In this document: one piece after another, positions 58,237-64,000 of the stretch | Layout of the letters: each line of letters starts with the position of its first letter | How positions within the stretch are numbered: position 1 is the stretch's first letter | Origin: Candidatus Bathyarchaeota archaeon | GTDB lineage: Archaea > Thermoproteota > Bathyarchaeia > 40CM-2-53-6 | NCBI GenBank assembly: GCA_963733055.1 | Contig: CAVTBR010000001.1 | Location: forward strand, 1,056,001-1,120,000 | DNA length: 64,000 nt | Reading direction: 5' to 3' | Made by a program: the position numbers and the translations under genes | Notes under the pieces: generated by a model | What the model was told of the DNA's origin: nothing | Seen by the model: the letters and a program-made list of their open reading frames with translations, nothing else | Databases searched by the model: none

Positions 58237-59733
58237 ATGACTGCAACTCGATTGAGCGAACCAACTCAGTCCCGTGAGGCTGTGGTGGGCCATGTGATCT
58301 TCGATGAGGGTTTAGCGAAGGGTGAGAGCAATTATTGTTACATGGAATGCGAACATTCGAAGCCCCCCCGCGGCGTCTATGTGCAGGTGAATGATCCGTC
58401 GGGCCCAGTTTTTGTTGCTAGAATTGTCGACGGACCCTTCTACCCCAAAGGATCGCGGTCAACCTATTTCGCGTTAGAGTTGAGTGCAATGATAGTGGGC
58501 GGGCGAAAGACAGCCATCCAAAGTCGGCCCCAACCCGAAAGCGCAGTCACGTTACTCGATGCCGAAAGCACCCAAGACTACCTTGGAGCTACAGGCGACT
58601 TGAAACTGGGACGGTTGCTGGGCCAACCTGGAGTCAACGTCTCACTCCACTCAACCTCCCTGGTCAGACATGTTGGCATCTTCGGGACAACTGGAAGCGG
58701 AAAATCAAACACCCTCCAAGTTATCGTCGAACAGACAATTCAAACAGGACGGGGAGTTCTGATCTTCGATATCGAGGGCGAGTACGTCAGGATGAACGAA
58801 CCTACAGGAGAACTAGTCACAACGCTCGCTGAATTCGGCGAGAAACCCGAGGGAGTCAAAGACCTTCGCGTCTACGTACCCGCCCCGAACAGCAGCCTCA
58901 ACCCCGACGCAAAGAAGTTCGGTATTCCCTTCTCAGAGCTAGACTTGGAGATATTCTCCGAAGTTCTAGGTTTAACACCTTTCGAGCGCGTCTATTTCCT
59001 CGACATCGCGAAAAAGACCAAGGACATGTCGGGGAGCTTCCAAGCCTACGCCCTGAGCAGCGTATTGAGTACGTTGAAGAAGCGGATTGAGGGACAGATC
59101 GATAAGGCAACTGTCCCAGAGGTCGTGGCTGAAGCCCACATGGGCCTCTTCACCAAACTCTCCCTCGCAGACCGAACCGGAATCATCGACGCCCCATACG
59201 AGAAGATCACGGCCGAGATGCTGTGCGTTCCGGGAAGAATCTCGGTTATCGATGTAAGCGAATCCTCAGACCTTTTGCGAAACCTCTGCGTTGCCCATTA
59301 CCTTAGGGAAGTTTTCAAGTACAAAACAAACCACCCACAATCACCCCCGCTCATGCTCTTCGTTGAAGAAATTCACACATTCATCAGTAAAGGAAAGAGC
59401 GACCGCATGCTCGCGACAATCTCGATGCTTACCGAGATGGCGCGGCAAGGAAGGAAGAGAGGATTGGGACTAGGAATCGTTTCACAACAGCCAGCCCTTC
59501 TCCCGTCGGAACTGATAGAATTATGCAACACCCGATTCGTTCACAAGTTGGGATCAACCCCGAACCTACAAGCCCTACGCCAATCTACAGGAAACGTATC
59601 AGATTCGTTATGGGCTCTTCTACCCTCCTTGGGGAAGGGTGAAGTGTTGCTTGCATCTCCGGAATTCGAGCAGGCTATCGTAGCGGTGATTAGACCCAAC
59701 AAATCAAAGCGACTTCGAGTTGAGTTTGGATGA
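58237..59733 (+). CDS. HerA/FtsK-family (DUF87) ATPase with HAS-barrel-like N-terminus
   Basis: HVGIFGTTGSGKS, IFDIEGEY, LFVEEIH, ARQGRKRG, SQQP. Confidence 0.88.
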   Translation: MTATRLSEPTQSREAVVGHVIFDEGLAKGESNYCYMECEHSKPPRGVYVQVNDPSGPVFVARIVDGPFYPKGSRSTYFALELSAMIVGGRKTAIQSRPQPESAVTLLDAESTQDYLGATGDLKLGRLLGQPGVNVSLHSTSLVRHVGIFGTTGSGKSNTLQVIVEQTIQTGRGVLIFDIEGEYVRMNEPTGELVTTLAEFGEKPEGVKDLRVYVPAPNSSLNPDAKKFGIPFSELDLEIFSEVLGLTPFERVYFLDIAKKTKDMSGSFQAYALSSVLSTLKKRIEGQIDKATVPEVVAEAHMGLFTKLSLADRTGIIDAPYEKITAEMLCVPGRISVIDVSESSDLLRNLCVAHYLREVFKYKTNHPQSPPLMLFVEEIHTFISKGKSDRMLATISMLTEMARQGRKRGLGLGIVSQQPALLPSELIELCNTRFVHKLGSTPNLQALRQSTGNVSDSLWALLPSLGKGEVLLASPEFEQAIVAVIRPNKSKRLRVEFG

Positions 59734-60502
59734 ATCGAGGAATGGAAGAAGGGTTGAAGAATTGAGTGCGACTGCGCGAGCCAAAACTGGAATTACAGGC
59801 TTAGACGAGGCGCTGGAGGGAGGGCTGCTAAGAAACTACGCCTATTCAATCATAGGCGCCCCAGGGACCGGAAAAACGACTTTGGCTGCACAATTTATTT
59901 TCAGGGGAGCAACGCAGCACGGCGAGAGCGGCGTTTACGCCTCGCTTGAAGAACAACCATTCGTCATAGCCAATAATATGATGCGTTTCAATTTCAACCT
60001 GTTCGACTTGGAAAGCCAAGGAAGACTCGTGCTACTAGACGCGGCCCCATACCAAGAACGGCCTGGTGCAGAGCTGAAGATTCGGGGCGGCGTTCTGGCG
60101 AGCGAGTCGTTCAACTTGGATGGCCTTCTCGGGGCGATAGCGAGCGCGCGAAAGAGGGTAGCGGCGAAGAGATGCGTGATTGACTCCCTGGACGCCATCG
60201 CCGGTGTCTACAAAACCAAGTCCGAGTACAGGTTCAAGCTGCTCCAATTCTTCCGCGCACTCTCCGAACTAGAACTGACAACTCTTGTCCTAACCGACAC
60301 GACGACTCCTACTGTTGAGAAGTTCGGGGTCGAGACGATGCTAGCTAGCGGTTGCTTCGTACTCCACGACGCCGAGAATAAGGACGCTCAGGCTCGGGTC
60401 ATGGAAATCCAGAAGATACGTGGGATCCGAGTTGCGAAGCGGATGCTCGGTTACAGGATTACACCAGACGGCTTCGAGGTTAGCCTACAGACAACAACAT
60501 AG
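59720..60502 (+). CDS. Single-domain KaiC/RecA-superfamily ATPase
   Basis: TGITGLDEALEGG, GAPGTGKTT, YASLEE, VIDSL, IQKIRG. Confidence 0.9.
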   Translation: MSLDESRNGRRVEELSATARAKTGITGLDEALEGGLLRNYAYSIIGAPGTGKTTLAAQFIFRGATQHGESGVYASLEEQPFVIANNMMRFNFNLFDLESQGRLVLLDAAPYQERPGAELKIRGGVLASESFNLDGLLGAIASARKRVAAKRCVIDSLDAIAGVYKTKSEYRFKLLQFFRALSELELTTLVLTDTTTPTVEKFGVETMLASGCFVLHDAENKDAQARVMEIQKIRGIRVAKRMLGYRITPDGFEVSLQTTT

Positions 60503-60504
60503 GG

Positions 60505-61530
60505 TTGAGCGAGTTGGTTGTGGCGAGTGAAGTAAAGGAAACGGCTCCGACTGGAATTTACGCGAAACCTGAGGCACGGAAGCTTCTGGAATTTCTACTC
60601 GAATTCCCTCAAACCATACTGACGGCAACGCTACTTCCCTCGGACGAGTTCAGATTCGAGCAGGTCGAAAAAATCCTAGGCGAAACCTCTACAGATGTCG
60701 TTCAATTGCTTGACGAAATGACCTCCGCCAACGTCCTAATCTCTCAGCTCGTCGACAAGGTCCCCGCCTGTCCGAACTGTGACTCAACGCAGGTGAGTAC
60801 ACGTTATTTCTGCCCGCAATGCGCCTCGCACGATATCAACCGTACACACCTTTTCGAGCACCTGAAGTGCGGTAAAGTGGGGAACGAGGAGAGCTTCAGG
60901 AAAGGGGAGCAGATAATCTGCCCCAAGTGCCAAACCGTACTCCATGATTTCGGGGTGGAGTACAGGGCTATCGGTGTCTGGTATGAATGTAATAAGTGCA
61001 AGAACTCGTTCAACAACCCAAACCACTCACACTTCTGCAGACCAAAACACCACGAGTTCCCAACCGAGCGCGTAACTCTCGTCCCAGTCTACCAATACGA
61101 GCTTAACAGAGACTTGATGGACAGCATCAGGCGAGAAGTGCTCGTTTACGCGGACGCAATCGCGTACCTAGAAAACTTAGGCTTGACCGTGAAAGCACCA
61201 TACTCGCTTGTGGGTAAATCGGGTCAGTCCCATTCTTTCAATATCGTGCTGACCTTGGCAAAGAAAGGTTGGAGGGGCGAAGAAAGAACCGTCGCGATCG
61301 ATGTGATCGTCAAAGGTTACGCAACAGAACCGGACGTTTTCAAGAATTACATCGCCAAAGCGAGAGACGTGAAACCTTCCCAAGCATATCTTATCGCTAC
61401 GCCTGCCTTACCGGAAGACACCAAGGCGCTGCTTAAGGACGCAAAACTACCATTCTTCGAGGGACCATCACTTAGGGAGGCTATGCAAGCCTTCTGCGAC
61501 GGAAGCGTACTGAAGGAACACTTGACCTAA
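60505..61530 (+). CDS. TackOD1-type multi-Zn-ribbon protein with wHTH-like N-terminus and PD-(D/E)XK-like C-terminus
   Basis: CPNC, CPQC, HLKC, CPKC, CNKC, C..KH; GKSGQSHSFNI...AIDV. Confidence 0.75.
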   Translation: MSELVVASEVKETAPTGIYAKPEARKLLEFLLEFPQTILTATLLPSDEFRFEQVEKILGETSTDVVQLLDEMTSANVLISQLVDKVPACPNCDSTQVSTRYFCPQCASHDINRTHLFEHLKCGKVGNEESFRKGEQIICPKCQTVLHDFGVEYRAIGVWYECNKCKNSFNNPNHSHFCRPKHHEFPTERVTLVPVYQYELNRDLMDSIRREVLVYADAIAYLENLGLTVKAPYSLVGKSGQSHSFNIVLTLAKKGWRGEERTVAIDVIVKGYATEPDVFKNYIAKARDVKPSQAYLIATPALPEDTKALLKDAKLPFFEGPSLREAMQAFCDGSVLKEHLT

Positions 61531-61556
61531 GCCAGGTCCCCGGAGGCCAACTGAAG

Positions 61557-62039
61557 ATGTTAGGGCGCAGAGGAGCTTCCGAAATCATAGCCGCTATGCT
61601 ATTGATTCTGATAACCGTAGCGGCGGCAGTTCTATTGTACGCTTACTCCTCAGGCCTCATGGGACGCCTCCAAGGCGCAGCCGTTTCACAACCGTACCTA
61701 GAACAGGTCTCATTAGACTACTACGATTGGACCTCTTGCAACTCCAACCCTTGCCCCCCCTTAACCACCCAGCTGAACCTAACTCTCAGAAACGTTGGAG
61801 CAGCTAAGGTGACGATGTCCGATTTCTACATCTCAGGAACCAGAAATACAACCGCCCTCAAGTTTGGGACCGGATGCAAGTCGCCACAAGGCGTGTTGAA
61901 CGTGCAAGGGACATGCTGGGTGTCTTTCCCGTTACCGACCGGCTTCTCGGCCAGTCCCGGTATCGCCTATACGGTGAAGATCGTATCAAGGGACGGCGCA
62001 ATCTTCTCCTATTCTTGTATCGCTGGACAAGCAGCGTAA
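61557..62039 (+). CDS. Archaeal type IV pilin (class III signal peptide)
   Basis: RRG/ASEIIAAMLLILITVAAAVLLYAY; LRNVG motif. Confidence 0.88.
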   Translation: MLGRRGASEIIAAMLLILITVAAAVLLYAYSSGLMGRLQGAAVSQPYLEQVSLDYYDWTSCNSNPCPPLTTQLNLTLRNVGAAKVTMSDFYISGTRNTTALKFGTGCKSPQGVLNVQGTCWVSFPLPTGFSASPGIAYTVKIVSRDGAIFSYSCIAGQAA

Positions 62040-62157
62040 CTCAAGGAGAATCGCCGTATGCTTTGCTGACTGCAAATCCAGTTGTTGGACTTATTGGTCA
62101 CTCAAATCTGAATATAACTTTTTTATAGCTATTCGTTATACATTCGCCAGATGCGAA

Positions 62158-62415
62158 ATGACCCAGGAAAAGCTTCTGCTAAGGCTAAGTGGAACAACTG
62201 CTGAAATTCTTAACGAGCTCGTTCAGAGAGGTTACTTTGGCACAAAATCAGAGGCCCTCCGAGCCGGGATCCTGAAGCTCGGCGAATCTTACGGGCTGAT
62301 CAGGCCTGCAAGCGACTACTGGAAGCAACTCGGCGAAGCGGTCAGCAGAAGTGGCAAGAAACTGTCCCACGCGGAAATCACTCGGGCGTTGAGAAGACTT
62401 GAGCAAGAGGCCTAG
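62158..62415 (+). CDS. Ribbon-helix-helix antitoxin (VapB-like)
   Basis: LNELVQRGYFGTKSEALRAGI. Confidence 0.8.
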   Translation: MTQEKLLLRLSGTTAEILNELVQRGYFGTKSEALRAGILKLGESYGLIRPASDYWKQLGEAVSRSGKKLSHAEITRALRRLEQEA

Positions 62416-62839
62416 CGTGGCCTTCCTCGACTCCAACGTTTTCATTTATGGGCGTCTGGAAGCCTGCAATTCGAGGTTGGTCATACTTCTCGCGCAGCTG
62501 GGAGAATTCGAGGTGGTTGTTTCGGACCTCGTTGTAGAGGAAGTTGAGCGCTTCTTCAGGGAGGAAGTGAGCAGAGAAGCGGCATACCTCGCCAGACGGT
62601 TTATTGAAACCCTTGCCCAGAGAATAGTCCACCGCGAAATCACGTCGCGGAAAATGAGAGAGTTGAAGGGCACAATTAAGGAAAAAGACCTTGAAAACCT
62701 TGTCGCGTTGAGACATCTCAAGCTCGAGTACCTCGTCTCCTTCGACGAAGATTACAAGAAGGCTCGTGTAAGAGAATACATCACCCCGAAGGAGTTTGTA
62801 AAACTGTTCAGCATGGAGCCCTATCCGACCTACTATTGA
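62399..62839 (+). CDS. vapC: PIN-domain toxin (VapC-like)
   Basis: AFLDSNVFI, VVEE, KDL...LVSFDEDY. Confidence 0.85.
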   Translation: MSKRPSVAFLDSNVFIYGRLEACNSRLVILLAQLGEFEVVVSDLVVEEVERFFREEVSREAAYLARRFIETLAQRIVHREITSRKMRELKGTIKEKDLENLVALRHLKLEYLVSFDEDYKKARVREYITPKEFVKLFSMEPYPTYY

Positions 62840-63089
62840 ACGAGAGGGAAGGATTCTGGGTACCAGAGATTCGTGATATCTCAGGCTCTCTTAGGAATGA
62901 TCTTTTTCGAGAGGGACCCTCGTCTCAGAAGCCGCCGTCCTCACGTGCCTTCTTCGCTGACTGAACGCTTATCTACATTGCGGATGCATGATCGAAGTTT
63001 AGTCGTGATCTCAGATATTTCTTGGTAACTCGTATTCTTCTCACAGCTTATTGCCAAGACGTTATTCTCAATCGTCGTAATATAGAGTG

Positions 63090-64000
63090 TCAAGGAGTGA
63101 ATGTGGCGCAGGGTCGCGCGTAGAGGCCGGCTGTAAATCCGAGAAGTGATGAATATCCGATGCCTGGCGCTGCATTGTTTATGGCTATGCTGCCCACGAA
63201 TATCGCCCCGTTCGGTACTCCGCCGCTGGAAAGACTTTGGTCATACGTTGCCAGTTGAAATAGCGCTATGAATGTGCCATTCATTCCACTGGCTGCGTTT
63301 GGGTTCAAGGGGTCTATTGTTGCGGTCGCACTTAGAGTGGGTGAAGTGACGGGGTAGTATGCCCCGACATAGGGACCGCCGATGAAGTACATCTTTGAAT
63401 TCGACCCTGAGTCGGCTGCCTCTAGAATGATCGTGCCGTGGCTCACTTGGAGAGTGCCTCCGGAGGTATTGTTCAGTCTGACATAAACATAAATGAGTTC
63501 AGAGGGGCTGCTCGCAGCAGCATTCTGGATGATTGTAGGATCAACCCAGGGGTTCACGAAATAGAGGGTCCCCACGGAGCTCGGTCCGGATCGGGGCTCA
63601 GGGGCTTCGGCATGGCATGTAGATGACTGACTACTGTCAACGGGAAGAGAACAATTTGAGGAGGTACACCAAGCGATCTTAGTATCTCCTCTGATTAGGT
63701 TCGGTACAAAGCCGGGGATGGCCAGGGGGTTCGCCGCGAAAGGAAATTGGAAATTGAAGATTCGCCCTCTCGAGGTAACAATCCAGAGAGTGTTAGCGGG
63801 AGAGGAAGGTCCCTGGAGGCCGGAGTTCGGCAAATTGAAGGGTAGCCAGAAACGGACAGTATGGTTAAACTCCCCCGCGTTGAGATAAGAGTCGCTTTGG
63901 CTGAACCTGAAGTTGGCGGGCAAATTCGCTAGAGGGGCTGGTCCCAAAGCACACGGTCCTATGTTTCCTGTTGGAGGAGCAAAAGTGCACCCCGCAGCCC
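63090..64000 (-). CDS. C-terminal part of a secreted/surface (possibly pilin-associated) protein; 5' end outside window
   Basis: Beta-rich Ser/Asn/Gly/Pro sequence with WIVTSRGRIF (resembles pilin C-terminal strands); frame open to the window end. Confidence 0.6.
   Translation of the reverse strand, partial: AAGCTFAPPTGNIGPCALGPAPLANLPANFRFSQSDSYLNAGEFNHTVRFWLPFNLPNSGLQGPSSPANTLWIVTSRGRIFNFQFPFAANPLAIPGFVPNLIRGDTKIAWCTSSNCSLPVDSSQSSTCHAEAPEPRSGPSSVGTLYFVNPWVDPTIIQNAAASSPSELIYVYVRLNNTSGGTLQVSHGTIILEAADSGSNSKMYFIGGPYVGAYYPVTSPTLSATATIDPLNPNAASGMNGTFIALFQLATYDQSLSSGGVPNGAIFVGSIAINNAAPGIGYSSLLGFTAGLYARPCATFTP

Noticed and set aside
58237-59733. HerA as part of the canonical herA-nurA-mre11-rad50 repair operon or a Sir2-HerA defence system
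   Set aside because: None of those partners is adjacent, and the flanking nuclease-like domains appear to lack catalytic residues

Overview
Archaeal chromosomal segment, most consistent with a TACK-group organism (Bathyarchaeia-like). This is inferred from group II chaperonins, TackOD1-type Zn proteins, a class III signal-peptide pilin, a PEF-CTERM-like sorting tail and frequent TTG/GTG starts. Housekeeping content: ABC exporter, PduO adenosyltransferase, DRG GTPase, DinG/XPD-type helicase, mntH-mntR, two closely related thermosome genes, GTP-PEPCK, PepC, a complete trpEGDCFBA operon, family-5 UDG, M20 hydrolase, aldehyde dehydrogenase and several toxin-antitoxin modules. Most notable: (1) a tightly packed operon at 57.0-62.0 kb encoding two TackOD1-type multi-Zn proteins with apparently inactivated PD-(D/E)XK domains around a HerA-type ATPase and a KaiC-type ATPase, ending in a type IV pilin and divergent from a large Ig-like surface protein; (2) a stand-alone PH/GLUE-like plus winged-helix protein resembling ESCRT-II Vps36; (3) many CxxC and charged mini-proteins missed by the ORF track, including a cluster around one thermosome copy; (4) probable CTG start codons and a Trp-containing uORF before trpE; (5) a TFS paralog lacking the catalytic DE motif. 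Several small frameshifts (cupredoxin fusion, trpF, 54.1 kb gene) may be assembly indel errors. All family calls come from motif recognition by eye; no searches were run.
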